From: Scyliorhinus canicula
Lineage: Eukaryota
Assembly (NCBI RefSeq): GCF_902713615.1
Contig: NC_052148.1
Location: forward strand, 156,972,569-157,036,568
DNA length: 64,000 bases
Reading direction: 5' to 3'
The translations under genes and the position numbers were made by a program. Under the pieces are notes generated by a model, which saw only the letters and a list, made by a program, of their open reading frames with translations, had not been told where the DNA came from and made no database searches. Positions 39,686-52,792 of this stretch are shown piece by piece (position 1 is the first letter of the stretch; every line of letters begins with the position of its first letter).

Positions 39686-40594
39686 ACCCGCTACGCTTGA
39701 CGTAATTGTGATCATACCTTCGCTGGGCATGATCCAGATCAACATATTTAACATATTTAAATGCATCATTAAACTCACAAAATATACACAGCCCATTTAA
39801 GGCCCCAGCCTCCCAGTTCCGGGTATTCACCAGCCCCACCAGCGAGGCCTCATGTTGGCAAGAATTAGTACTGGTTAGAAATGGAAACCAGATGTGATGG
39901 CCATGCCGGGATGCTCGGAGGCTATTAGAGCCCTCAGGTGGTCGGGGACATGGCACCTGGGCAGTGCCAACCTGGCAGTGCAGGAATGCCAGGTTGGCAC
40001 TGCGAGGGTAACAGGGCAGTGCTTGGAGATCCTGGTTGGCACTATCAACCAGGGATAGTTGCCAAGGGATGGGGACTGAGCGGGGCCATGCCAATGAAAG
40101 GGGGATGAAAAGGGACTTGAAGGGGTGTTATGAAGGGTGGGGGCATGAAAGGGGGTATGAAGAGTAGCACTTGGGGTTGGGGGGGGCTATGCCTCGATGT
40201 CAACAAGGATGGATGGGTGTGGGGCGAGGTCATCCTGATTCCTGGGTGGGGTCACACAAACTTTTAGTGCTGGAGGAAGTTGCCCCTCCAGGGTCAAGGG
40301 TTGGGGTGTTGCCTATGTCTGACGAGGGTTGTGATGTTCGTATGTGGGCGACCCTCAACCTGACATTGAGATCTCGGCACCCTTCAAAAATGCTGCCCGG
40401 ATCTTTAGTTCCCCACTGCAGAAAACAATTGTTAATGTGGGATTTTTCAGTGAGATACACTCAAAGCTCCAAAGAAATAACTAAGTGTGGGTGAATACAG
40501 ATCTGGGTCACACCCAAACACCTAGCAGGAAGCACCCTGTGAAACCTGCTCAAAATGTGAGAATTGTGCCTGCAACCTATAACAGGTAGAATGT

Positions 40595-41766
40595 GCAGCA
40601 TGGTAGCACAAGTGGATAGCACTGTGGCTTCAGAGCGCCAGGGTCCCAGGTTCGATTCCCCGTTGGGTCACTGTCTGTGCAGAGTCTGCACGTTCTCCCC
40701 GTGTCTGCGTGGGTTTCCTCCAGGTGCTCCGGTTTCCTCCCACAGTCCAAAGGCGAGCAATGGTGTTGCTCATTATGCTCTCTCCTTAATTTGCTCTGTT
40801 TTAATTATGCTAGCTCAAGAGTCGCTAGGTATCCTTTCGATACCACCACAAGGTTCAAGACCGAATACTGATCAAAGACTCAATACACCAGTTAGTAAGT
40901 TTGAAATCAATGCACATTTATTTACACACAGTCAATTATTACTCATGCACAAACTCTACTCACTAAACTATCACTACTACTAAAAGCCTATACTTAGCTT
41001 CGGGTGCCCACTCAGTCAGAGGAACAATGGCCGTTGTCCGGTTCTGAGGCTGCTGGCAACGAACTTGTATAGAATAGTAGCTAGGTGCGCCTATCTCGTA
41101 GCGTGCGTTGACTTTAGACTTACATGTCTGGTGCTTGGCGGGTCTCTCGTCGCTGAGAGCCAAGGCCAAGACGAAGGTAAAGAAGAAGAGAGTGATCTGT
41201 CTTTGGGACTCCTCTTTATACCCCAAAGGGCTTCGCGCTCTTTTGGGCGGTTCCTGAACTTGGCCCCAATTAATTGGACCATATTCTAATCATCTGTATT
41301 GATTTTCTCCAATAAAGGGGTGGATGCCTGATCGCTGGGCGGGCCCTAGGTGACCGTTGGCCTGCCTTTGTTTTAGTCTCCACTGGCGCCGGGGAGTCTG
41401 CTCTGGTATCGTTTGCTTAAATGTTTCTCTTTTGTCCCTGGAGATAGCTCATTAGTATGCTAATGGCTGGTAGTATCGGTCTTGTCTGGGAGCTGCAAAC
41501 TCCAATCCACAGACAAATCTTGCCTGCTTTCTTAGCATTGTCCAATTTTCCCTTCATTCTGTGCAAGAGTCCATTTTGAAATCGGGACGTGGCAACCCCA
41601 GGTGGCTACAATGGATTGGCCGTGATAAATTGCTCTTAGTATTCAAAAAAGTTAGGAGGGGTTATTGGGTCACGGGATAGGGTGGAAGTGAGGACTTAAG
41701 TGGATCGGTGCAGACTCGATGGGCCGAATGGCCTCCTTCTGCACTGTATCTTGTATGTTCTATGTA
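40595..41766 (+). mobile_element. Long HE1-like SINE with CR1-type tail, split by a solo LTR
   Basis: tRNA head, full V-domain, tail GATGGGCCGAATGGCCTCCTTCTGCACTGT...TTCTATG. Confidence 0.88.
40764..41610 (-). mobile_element. Solo LTR, 847 bp (ERV- or Gypsy-like)
   Basis: Minus strand TGTAGC...GCAACA, 4-bp TSD ATGG, TATAAA at about 41215-41220, AATAAA at about 40917-40922, CCAAT boxes. Confidence 0.88.
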
Positions 41767-41898
41767 ATGCCACAGGAATCAGAGCTTGGCACTCAACTAT
41801 GTACAACCTCTATCATTTGGATGAAGGGACCAAATATATCATAGCTAAATTTGCTGATGACTCCAAGATAGGAAAGTAAGATGTAAAGAGGAGGTAGA

Positions 41899-44800
41899 GG
41901 GTGCGATTCTCCGGCCTCGTCACAATCTCGCTCAAGTGAAATGAAGTCGGTGAATAACGGGAGAGGCCAAATATGAGAACCCCATCAGGCGCCAAACAGT
42001 TTGCGTTGTAACTGGCCGCACCCGTAAGCGAAATCGAGGTCTCACTAGTGTGGCGAGAAGCCAATTATCACCACTTAAGCCCCATTTCCATACAATTAAC
42101 AGGAGCCAACCCATATCCAACAGCCTCCTGTGATTCAGCAGCTTCCCCAGCGAGTACTCATCCTGGAGTCGATTAATACTGCATTTGAAAACCGTGAACC
42201 TGTCGGAAGGGCTTCAGTGGGGAGCCGATGAGGTGAGTAGCCATCTTTGCTCACAGGCAAAGAGCCCGGGGTGCTGGGCTTGCCACCCAAGTGCTCAGTG
42301 GGGTGTGGGGATCCTCGGCTGAGGATGGGGGACCCTCCGCAGGGGTGGGCGCTATGGGAGGATGGGGGGGTTGCGCTGAGGGCGCGACCGGGGGGCAACC
42401 ACTCACGGCACCGCCATGCCAATCCCTGGTTTGTGTTTACCCATTCCAGAGGAAGCTCTTGCCCCTGCCTGTGTGCCCTACCGACCACCTATAACCCCCA
42501 TCGACTGCCGAGGCTATTTCTAATCAGGAATTAGCAATCATGGTTAAGTGAGCACTTCACACAACCCAAGTACATTTCTTTGGGTGGGCGTGCCATGTAG
42601 CATGTGGGAGTCATTGCCTAGCATCTCAATCACACCTTGATGCCTGGACACTGCTTGAACACTGCAGGAGGCAAAGCCACACACGCAGCTGCCAACATAC
42701 GAACACTCAGGGAATGGCACACAGCTCCAGGGACATGTCCATGGCTGGAGGGTGGATGGGTGCCACGGAGAGGGGGAGATGCCTGTAGAGGTGGGCAAAG
42801 AGTTCGGAGGTCAGCCTGCATTGCGGACAAAAGTGACAGAGCCATCACACTGGTTGTGCACAAAGGTGTTTATTGTGTTTGACAATTCCCCACCCCCCTG
42901 ATGGTGCTGACCCCTCCCCCGGTGCCCTCAGTTATCCTCGATGTGCTTTGCCTTCCTAGCTCTGTCACTACTTCTAGGTGTATCTCCAGGATGCACATCA
43001 GAGGTGGTGGGAGCCAGTTGCTTACCTCGTCCCATAGCCTTTGATGCCCCTGGTGGGTGTCCTCTGGGGGTTCTGGGACAGAAGGCCCAGGCTCACTTGG
43101 CAACGGCATGTGCACAGCCGTGCCACCCTGCCCCATGTGCTGACTGCGAGACATGGCCTCATCAGAGGGGTGGTACTTGGAGGAGCGGGTGGCCACCGTC
43201 GTGACTCCATGGGACCGGTCCGGGTTGGCACTCAGCGCCGCCTCCTCCATATCAGTGCCCATAGGACCTAGGGGTCCACCTTGGGGCGGAGGGGCAGCTG
43301 GTTCGAGCCCCGGTTGCCCCTGCATCATCTCGCTCTGCCAGCCCTGGCGGTTCCCCAGAGTGTCGACCCCTTTGGTGATGCTCCTCAGTGACTGGGACAT
43401 GCTCTGCAGTGCCTTAGCAATGCCCACCTGCGACTGGGACAAGCTCTGCAGCGCCTCGGCTGTGCCCATCTGAGAGCGGGAACCTCATCAAGGGGTCGAC
43501 CTGGTACTGGGTCACATCCCCAGCGAGGCGGACATTCTGTTGAGGCCCTTAGCCATGGCCGTCGCCGGCTACATGATGTCTTGTACACCTTCACTGATGG
43601 TGCAGACGTGCACCAGGCTTTCCACTGCAGTTGCCATCCTCGGTGCCATGAATCTCCTGCGCCCATAGCCTCTGGTACTCCTCCAAGTGGCTATGGACCT
43701 GCTGGAGTGTCGCTGATATCTCCCTCTGAATGTCCTGGCTGCTCTCTATCGTCTCCATCAGCTCTGGGTATCATCATCAAGCTGGGACCCAGCTGGGTCC
43801 TGAGATTCAGCTGACGTCCGACTGCTGTCTCACCTGGGGGTTCCTGCCTCCACCTGTTGTGCACCAGTAGCTGTGTGGTGCTCACCAGATTGTGCCCCAG
43901 AAGCTTGACCACTAACAATTTTCACCAAGGTACGTGTATCTATGCTGGTGGAGGGTGAGGATCACAGCTGTACCACGACGATTACGGTGGCATCCTCAGA
44001 GCACTCCTCCGAGGTGGTCTCCTGGGAGACTGGAGAGGGAGCCGCCCAGGTTGGGCTGCGGCATCATCTGGAGGACCTGCGGGAGAATGGACATGTGGTC
44101 AGTGGGAGAGATGGGTCAGTCAGTAAGGCAATAACAATTCACGTTTGACAGGTCCTCAAGGTGGAACCCAGTGGTTCCTGACCTCTGCTGCGTCAACCAG
44201 CCTGCGCATTGGTGACTGCTCTGTCCTCGGCCACACCGCTCATCTCCAGAGCACTCTCCTCGAAGGAGGCGAGGATTCTTATGTCCGGCCCATTACCGCC
44301 AGTCTGAGCCCACTCACAGTGGCGGGAGAGGGTGGGAGGGTGGTGTGAAGGATAAGTTGGGAATTGCCAAACAAACCAGGCGGAACAGGGTCTTCCAGGC
44401 TATCAGTGACCCCTGGGTGGTCAGAGCCAGTGCAAGGTGGCCCCCGGCCCTCCCTCTAGAATGTGGGCACCTTGGCACTGCCCAGCTGGCACCTTGGCAC
44501 TGCCATTCTGGCACTGCCAAGGTGCCCAAATGGCACTGCCAAGTTGGCAGGAGCACTGCCTGGGTGCCAGTGCAAGGATGCATGTGTGCCAGGATGGCAC
44601 TGCCAAGGGTCAGGTGCCAAGGGGAATCATGTCCGAGAAAGGAAGGTGGAGGGCATGGTTTGAAGGGTGGGGGTGTGCAGGGCAGGTATGTAGGGGTCTC
44701 CATGAGGTTGGGGGTGTTGGGTGGTTGTCCTAGATGGGAGGGGCTGCTGAAAGGGGGCTTGGGGGGGCCTGAAGAGAGGGACCCACAGGGACCCCAAAGT

Positions 44801-45133
44801 GAGGTATCCTCCCTTGGGCGGTGTGGGAGGGTGGCATTGCCCATGGGTGGAGGACGGTGCGACCCACAAGCTCACTTCGAGATCGGGGCATCCTGCCCCA
44901 GGTCAAAGGACTTTTGCATTGTTCGTGTCTCACCCATGGAGATCTTGCAACGGGCGGGGCAGAAGAATCCAGCCCTAATTGTGGGCTAAACCACTGAGAA
45001 ACTCCCCTGGGCCCAAATAAATGACTAAATGTCATTGAATAGCGGTGGGGAACCCGCTGGCAGAACCAATGGGGAAACTCCCTGAAAATCCTGCCACAAA
45101 TGAACTTCAAAATTTTTCCAGGGAAACGCGCCC
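41899..45133. mobile_element. Harbinger deletion derivative, possibly composite, with Myb-gene 3' exons on -
   Basis: Ends GGGTGCGATTCTCC / GGGAAACGCGCCC, TSD AGA; minus-strand QTGGNGPDIRIL and heptad ALQSLSQSQ segments. Confidence 0.7.
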
Positions 45134-45210
45134 AGAGATTAGGAGAATTTTATTCTCCCGAAGAGTTGATCTTGTGTGGAACTTTCTTCCCAGATAGCAG
45201 TGGAAATCAG

Positions 45211-45937
45211 GGGCGCGATTCTCCCATATGGGGAGAAATCGTAAGGCTGGCGTCAAATCCGGGCGGGTTTGACGCCAGCCCCCCCCTTCCCGACCGGGAA
45301 CCGATTCTGGTCCCTGGTCGGGGCTAGCATCCCGACGCCGTAAACTCCGGCATCGCGGGCTTAACAAATTTTGTTAAGCCCGCTTGCCAGAGTTAGCGCC
45401 GGCTGACGCGTCATATGACGTCAGCCGCGCATGCGCGGATTGGAAGACTCCAACCCGCGCATGCGCGGATGACGTCATCGCGCATTTGCGTGAAACCCGC
45501 GCATGCGCGGGCCGGGATGCCCCTCAGCCGCCCTGCAAATGGATACTGCGGGGCGGCGGAAGGACAAAGAGTGCACGGGCATCGGGCCCGCTGCCCGCGA
45601 TCGGTGCCCACTGATCGCGGGCCCATGGCACCCTTGGCACGGCCGTGGTACTGCCGTGCCAATCGGTGCCATGGTTTTAAAAATCGACAGTTTACGGCCG
45701 TTTTTACGAACGGCCAGACCAGGCCAAAACAGCCGTAAAGGGCTGGGAACTCGGCCCATCCATCAGCTGAGAATCGCTGCCGCCGTAAAAAAACGGCGGC
45801 AGCGATTCGTATCGGGAGTCAGGCGTGGGGGGGGGGGGGGGGGGGAGAATAGCGGGAGGGCGTCGGAACAGCGTGGCCGTAAAATTTTACGAGCCACGCT
45901 ATTCTCCGCACCGTCGGGAGTGCGGAGAATCTCGCCC
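45211..45937. mobile_element. Young Harbinger-family MITE
   Basis: TIRs GGGCGCGATTCTCC / GGAGAATCTCGCCC; TSD CAG; CpG-rich. Confidence 0.92.
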
Positions 45938-46062
45938 CAGGTCTTTAAATTTATTCAGGTCTGAGTTCGAGTGATTATTAGGCAAGGGAGTCCATGGTTA
46001 TGGGGGGTGGGGGGAGGGGGGGTGGTTGTAGTACTGGTGACAAGAAAGTGGAGGTGAGACCA

Positions 46063-46720
46063 GGGTCGGATTCTCCAAAATCCCGGCCAAGTGTTGACGT
46101 CGGCGTCAAATCCGGCGCGAGCGACGCAGGCGTCAACGGGCCTCCAGGCCCAGTAATTCTCCTCTTCTTCAGGGGCTGGAATGGCGCCAGAGTGCTGTGC
46201 ACTGCTCCGGCGCTGAAAGCCGGCCCTACATGGCCAGCGGGGGTCCGCGCATGCGCGCCACGGCCATCTTCGTGCCGGCGCATGCGCTTGGTTGCCGGGC
46301 TCCTGTATGGCTCTGCCATGTTGCCCGGGGGGCCTGCGCAGAGGAACATAGGCCCCCCCCAGAATGAGCACACCCGCCAATCAGTAGCCGCCAATCATGG
46401 GCGGGCCCACCGTGGAGGCCCCCGCCCCAGAGTCGGATATCCCCGCTCCCCCACCAGACGGCCCCCACAGCCAGAACGCCGAGGTCCCACCGGGTGGGAC
46501 CAAATGTAAACCACGCCGACGGGACTTGGCGGGCACTCGGCCTGTCAAGCGCGGAGAATCGCCGCTGGGGCCGCTTTTAACGGTCCCCGACCGGCGGCCG
46601 CATGGGTGTGATTGGTGCCAATTCTCCTGTCGCCGGAGAATCGTCGGAGCAACGTGGCAGGATTCTCGCGCCCACCCCTGGCCATTCTCTGACCCGGCGC
46701 AAACTCATAGAATCCCGGCC
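46063..46720. mobile_element. Harbinger-family MITE
   Basis: TIRs GGGTCGGATTCT / AGAATCCCGGCC; TSD CCA/CCG. Confidence 0.82.
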
Positions 46721-46941
46721 CCGATCTTCCATGGTTTCAGCTCCCTTTTCTCTCTACAGATGCTGTTAGACCAGCTGAGATTGTCAAGTATTTTCTGTTT
46801 TTCTTTCAGATTTCTGATCTGCTGTAATTTGCTTTTAGTAGCCATGATTTTTATTGAATGGTGGAGCAGGCTTGAAGGGCCAAATGGCCCACTCATACCC
46901 CTATGTCAAGCAGTGGTTTACTTTGAGGAGGATGTTTTCTA

Positions 46942-47237
46942 GACATAGAATACCTACAGTGCAGAGAGGCCATTCGGCCTCTGCACTGGCCCTCTGAAAG
47001 AGCACCATACAAGGCCCAATTCATCGCCCTATCCGCATAACCCCACCTAGTGGCAATTTAGAATAGCCAATCCACCACACCTACACATCTTTGGAATGTG
47101 GGAGCATCCGGAGGAAACCCACGTAGACACGAGAAGAATGTACAAACTCCGCACAGTCAGCTGAAGTCAGAATCGAACCCGGGCCTCTGACGCTATGAGG
47201 CGCTGTGAGGCAGCAGTGCTAACCATAGTGCCACCAT
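46942..47237 (-). mobile_element. Long HE1-like SINE
   Basis: Minus-strand tRNA head, V-domain and CR1-type tail. Confidence 0.8.
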
Positions 47238-48042
47238 AACTTCTCTGGAGACATCAGCAGGTCCATTGTGTGCTAGCACCAAAATCCACTCAAGCTGTGC
47301 TTTTAAAATTATTTCACAGATATGAATCACCTTGGTACAGTCAGCATTTGTTGTCCATCCCTAACTGCCCTTGAGAAGGAGTTGGTGAGTCACCGTCTTA
47401 AACTGACATCATGACTTCCCAGAGGTAGACATCTTCCATATTTGTGTGGTGGCTCCTAAGTCAGGCTAAGCAGCTGTACTCTGCTGTTGGGTAAATTAGG
47501 ATGAGTAAAGCACTATTGATAGAATGGGAAGATGTAGTGGATATGGATTAAAGGAGTATCAATTTCAGATTTGTTCCACAGGGTCTTTCTGGGGCCAGGC
47601 TTATTTACAATGTACATAAATGAATTGAATTTAAGATTTGACGGAAAAAAGCTACCAGTTTTGTCTCCATCCACAAGTTCCATCTATCTCCCCTGTAATT
47701 GGTTTGTCAAACCATAGTCCAAGAAACTTTAGTGTCTGATTTTATCCTGAACTGACTTTCTGACCCCATTACATTCCATCACAAAGATTACTTAATTTGG
47801 TCTCCATAATATCACATACCTTAGCTCCTCTGCCAACATTCAAAGGATAGAATTTCATTAGGGGTGTTCATGATGGGAGTTAGACGTCAAAATCGGTGAA
47901 TTAAAATATTAAAGATTGGTCTTGGGTAGTATAGCATTAGCCACCTGTTAGTTTTCAAACCTGAATACTGCCCAGGATCCCAAACAATGTGGGAAGTACC
48001 ATCCATATTGTGCTACTTCCCAAAATGAATAAGAAATTCATG

Positions 48043-50346
48043 GGTCAGGATTCTCTGTTTCTGAGACTTTAAGTGTTAATGCCGGCGCTGAATCGTGGAG
48101 TTCCATGACATCAAAACTGGCGCCGCACCTGGACTAATTCAGCTACTGTTGAGGGCTAGCACCATGTGGAACACAAAGGATTACAATGAGAAACGGTGCC
48201 AGATTCGCTGGTTTCATGATTGACACTCAGGAGGCTGACAAGCTGTAGCTGCATATACACACTGCATTCCCCACACACACCATCCCAGCCAACAAGATGG
48301 CAGCACGATATTCGGCCTTGGGGAGAAGGCAGGAGAATGGGGATGAGAAAATATCAGCCATGATTGAATGGCAGAGCAGACTCGATGGGCCGAGTGGCCT
48401 AATTCTGCTCCTATGTCTTATGGTCTAAGATTCACCGACGCTGAGCTCGAGATCCTCCTGGATGCAGTGGAGGTGATGCGGATAACCCCGTATCACAGCC
48501 AGGAAGGACGCTGCCAGCCGCCACAATTCATTGTGCCTGGGCGCAGGTGGCAGAGGTGCTCAGTGCCATGGGCAATATCATCCGGACCGTCCAGCAGTAC
48601 CAAAAAAAGACTCAACCTCCTCAGAGCCACCAATGTGAGTAGGCAACACTGTGCCCCTGGCACCAACATTCGTCCCACACACCCATAGCCCCCAACCCGG
48701 AAGACGGCAGAACCCCTACCCTGCACCACATGCTGACATACATTCCTGCCTCCATGGCCGGGTGCCCTGGCGACAGAGGTCACCCTCGGGCTGCACACGT
48801 CGGACTATCTAGCACTGTCATTTTCTGTTCTTGCCCCCAGTCCCCAGGAGAAGTCCGCACGCAACCACCGGGAGGGGGAGAAGTTAAGGAGGGGGACTGC
48901 GTGACCAGCGGCCGCTAACCATGGCAGAGCAGAGGGCCCTGGATGTGATCAGCGGCCCAAAGGAAAGGGAAATTACCGAGATGGGGTTAGGCTATGGACG
49001 AGGATGTGAGACTCCGCTTAGTTGCGAATCACCATGACACGTGTCAATCCGCTTTCCCAACACCACCCCCACATAACCCTCACTTCCACATCACCCTCAC
49101 CCCCACATCACCCTCACACTGCACACCCCACCCTCTCACCCTACAATACACCCACCCTCTCACCCTCCAACACCCCCACCCTAACCTGCCCCCACCCATA
49201 CACTCATCCCCACCACCCCCCAACCTGTGGTCTAATCATACGTTTTGTCTTGTGTCTTGCAGGAGCAACTGGGGATGGGGAGGCCCCATCCGTTGCCCCG
49301 TGCCTCCAGCCAGTGCCACAACAGGAGGTCCCCTCCCCCACCCACCCACCCCCCATGAGCCGTACACCGACGAGAGCACCTCGGATGGTAGCCCTCCGCC
49401 CGAGACTCAGGAGGCCCCGGTTCTCAATTTGGAGGATGACACTGACTTTCTGTCACAGCTGTCAACAACACACTCCACCTATCTCTCTGCTGCACACACC
49501 GCTGCTAGAGCCTCCTCCTCCAGCTCATACCACCACAAGCATCCCCCAGGGCTGCGGTGACTAGCAGGAAGGCCACCATTGCTGGTTAAATTCCAATAGC
49601 CATTGTCTGAAGGGGGTAAAAGGCAGACATGTTAGCATGGTGCATACCCCTGTGCAAAACCAGCTCCAACGGGCTACATGGTGGCTCCTGTTGGCACTAT
49701 GGGGCCTGCCCCCTCATGTTACCCCCCCATCCCTGCACGCCTGACCCCGTCGATGCCCGGCATTGTAGGGCCTTTGGCCTTGGCGCCCATCCCTGATGCC
49801 AGGGATACTGTCGGTATGCTTCACGGCGGTCCCGTAGGTGCCACTGTGGGCGTTGCCTGTGTGAGCTGGTAGCGGCCGGGTGGGGCAGGGTATGGCTGCC
49901 TTGCAGGTCGCAGTAATGATGGTCCGTGACTGTCCACTGCCCCAATCCCATGGCCCAATGCCCCATCAACCACCCCCTTTACCCCACCCCAGCCAACCCG
50001 GCCAGTGTCTGGCCTCGCAGCCACGGTTTCACCTCTCTGTGTCATAACTCCTCTCTCTCCCTCATCAGCCATGATGCTGGTTTCACGATTTTTAAAAGCA
50101 CAAGTGAACCACGCCGTCAGCAACTCAGCCCATCAGAGGTGGAGAATCAGGGAGGACCCGGAGAATACAGGGTCGGGCCCATTTATGATATGAAAATGGT
50201 GTTTACTGTACATGTGTTCCGGAACACATTGGCGGCGCTGTTAAGGTGACAGAGAATTGCAATTTGCCGTCAAATCGGCACCCACCACGATTTTAGTGTC
50301 TGAACCTATTCTCCATCCAATCGCATTTCGCGATTTTGCCATCAAC
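48043..50346. mobile_element. Harbinger deletion derivative, same family as 11973-15098 in opposite orientation; last ~18 bp missing
   Basis: TIR GGTCAGGATTCTC; Myb ATG at 48297, RFTDAELEILLDAVE, exon 2 at 48848 (EKSARNHRE); transposase start remnant on - near 49600. Confidence 0.85.
48309..48427 (+). mobile_element. CR1 3' tail inserted in Myb exon 1
   Basis: GCAGACTCGATGGGCCGAGTGGCCTAATTCTGCTCCTATGTCTTATGG. Confidence 0.85.
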
Positions 50347-51045
50347 ATTTGATGGGTCACATTGGCTTTACTGATTATTGTAATCTTAAATTGGACAGTA
50401 GTAAGGGCAATTATGCTTTATATTGCAGGTAGGGAGGAGAGGAAATCTGCCAATCCGACCGAATGTATGTGCTATCTTAGACTGCCTGTGATCAGTAAGG
50501 TTTTAATGGAAAGAGGTGTGCATTTTCTGATTCTTGCAATGCATATTAGAAATAAATAATTCAGTAACAAACCTTTGTGAGTTTAAACATAAAGAGGGTT
50601 ATTTATTCTTACACACCTATCCCAAATTAAATGCAAGGTCAACCCCCTCGTTCTCATACACACAAAAACTAGATAAAGGTCATTCATTTTTACGGATTAC
50701 AGGTATCTCAGTCCCTGATTCATGATCTCCGGTCTGCCACATGGGAGCCCATGGTTTCATGGATGGTTTGGATGTTTTGAAGTTGAAAGGAGGATTTTGT
50801 AAAGTGAAGGGGTGAAGAAGCTTGTCAGGTTTCCTGCAGTCAAATATACAAGTTAGTTCTCAGGCTTTTAAACTAGAACAGGTTTGGGGAAGTTATCTCA
50901 GTTTGGATCTACTGCATTCAAAGTTTTGATGTTAATTAGCTTGGCTGCTTGATGACTTGCAGCCAGTTTGTGGTCTGGCTTTCTGACCTGGTGATTCACG
51001 ATTAACTGCAAACAGCTTTTAGCTGAATTTTGAAACATGGCTGAC

Positions 51046-52310
51046 ATAGAATCATAGAAAATAGGAGCAGGAGGAGATCATTTGAGCCTGCTCCGCCATT
51101 CATTATGATCATGGCTGATCATCCAACTCAGTAACCTGTTCCCACTTTGCCCTCATATCCTTCAGTCCCTTTAGCCTCAAGAGCTATATCCAACTCTTTC
51201 TTTAAAACATGCATGTTTTGTCCTTTCTGTGGTTGTGAATTCCAGAGGCTCACCGTTCTCTGGGTGAAGAAATTTCTCCTCATCTCAGTTCTAAATGTTT
51301 TACCCCATATCCTTAGACTGTGACCCCGTGTTCTGGACTTCCCAGACATCTGGAACATCCTTCCTGCATCTCCCCTATCTAGTCCTGTTAGAATTTTATA
51401 AGTTTCTATGAGAACCCCCTTCATTCTTCTAAACTCCAGCGAATATAATCCTAACTGACTCCATCTCTCCTCATACGTCAGTCCAGTAACATCCTTCCTC
51501 AGGTAAGGAGACCAAAACTGCACACAACATTCCAGTTGTTGTCTCACCAAGGCCCTGTATAATTGCAGCAGGACATCCCTATTCCTGTACTCGAATCCTC
51601 TCACTGTGAAAGCCAACATACCATTTTCCTTCTTTACTGCCAGCTGCACCTGCATGCTTACTTTTAGCGACTGGTGTACAAGGACACACAGGTCTCGTTG
51701 CACATTCCCCTCTCTCAATCTAAAGCCATTCAGATGATAACCTGCCTTCCTGTTTTTGCCACCAAAGTGGAGAACCTCACATTTATCCATATTATATAGC
51801 ATCTGCCATGCATTCACTCAACTTGCCCAAATCACACTGTAGCATGTCTGCTTCCTCCTAATAGTTCACCCTCTCACCCAGCTTTGTGTATTCTGCAAAT
51901 TAGGAGATATTACATTTAGCTCCCTCATCTAAATCATTAATATATATTGTGAGTATCTGGGGTCTGAGCACTGATCCCTGCAGTACCTCACTGGTCACTG
52001 CCTGCCTTTTGTAAAAAAAAAAAAAGACCCATTTATTCCTACTCTTTGTTTCCTGTCTGCCAACCAGTTTTCTATCCATCTCAACATATGACCCCAATCC
52101 CTTACGCTTTAATTTTACATCTAATCTCTTATGTAAGACTTTGTCAAAAGCCTTCTGAAAGTCTAAATAATTCACATCCATTGGCTACCCCTCATCAACT
52201 CTACTAGTTATATCCTTGAAGAATTCCAGTGGATTAGTCAAGCGTGGTTTCTCTTTTGTAATTCAATAGAAACTATAAACCTATCTAATCCTGCCACTGT
52301 TTTCCAAGTG
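51046..52310 (-). mobile_element. CR1 LINE, RT to 3' end
   Basis: YLDFQKAFDKV, QGSVL, KCEVLHFG, CVQFWSP, TRGHSL, FFTQR; TTCTATGA tail repeats. Confidence 0.92.
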
Positions 52311-52548
52311 TCCTGGGTGAGACAATTCACACTTCGATTACCTGTGATTATCCCTCACTCCACTCACACTATTGGTACCTTCACATTCCAATCCGTAATT
52401 ATCTTGCAGTTGTGCCTCTGCCTATATATGCTGTGTGTGAACCTGCCTCCACTTCACATGATGAATGAGCAGCGCTTCGGAATTTTGTGATTTCAAATAA
52501 ACCTGTTGGACTTTAATCTGGTGTTGTGACAACTTGTGAGACTTCTTA
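52310..52548 (+). mobile_element. Penelope-like terminal fragment
   Basis: Similar to about 36450-36694; degenerate hammerhead core. Confidence 0.7.
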
Positions 52549-52645
52549 TTTTGCAACTAGTGAAGAATTACCATAAGTTTATGCCATTGTGTTTTTCTTG
52601 CATAGAATTGCCACAATATTGTCTTTTTTTTAATCAATGTTAAAG

Positions 52646-52792
52646 GTCTTTCGAAGAAGAGCTTAAGGCCAAACATGAAAAAGAAATCAACATCTTGAAA
52701 CAAAATCACCTTAAAGAAATCCAAGGCATTGTGTCTGATTTCAGCAGTTCCCAAACCCGTCTCCAAGCAAAAATAGTTTCCTTGGAAACAGA
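52646..52792 (+). CDS. FAM184B: FAM184B-like exon (SFEEELKAKH...IVSDFSSSQTRLQAKIVSLETE)
   Basis: aaag|G, GA|gtaagc, phase 2 to 2; resembles recalled FAM184B [21 protein letters not shown] more than the FAM184A equivalent. Confidence 0.88.
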
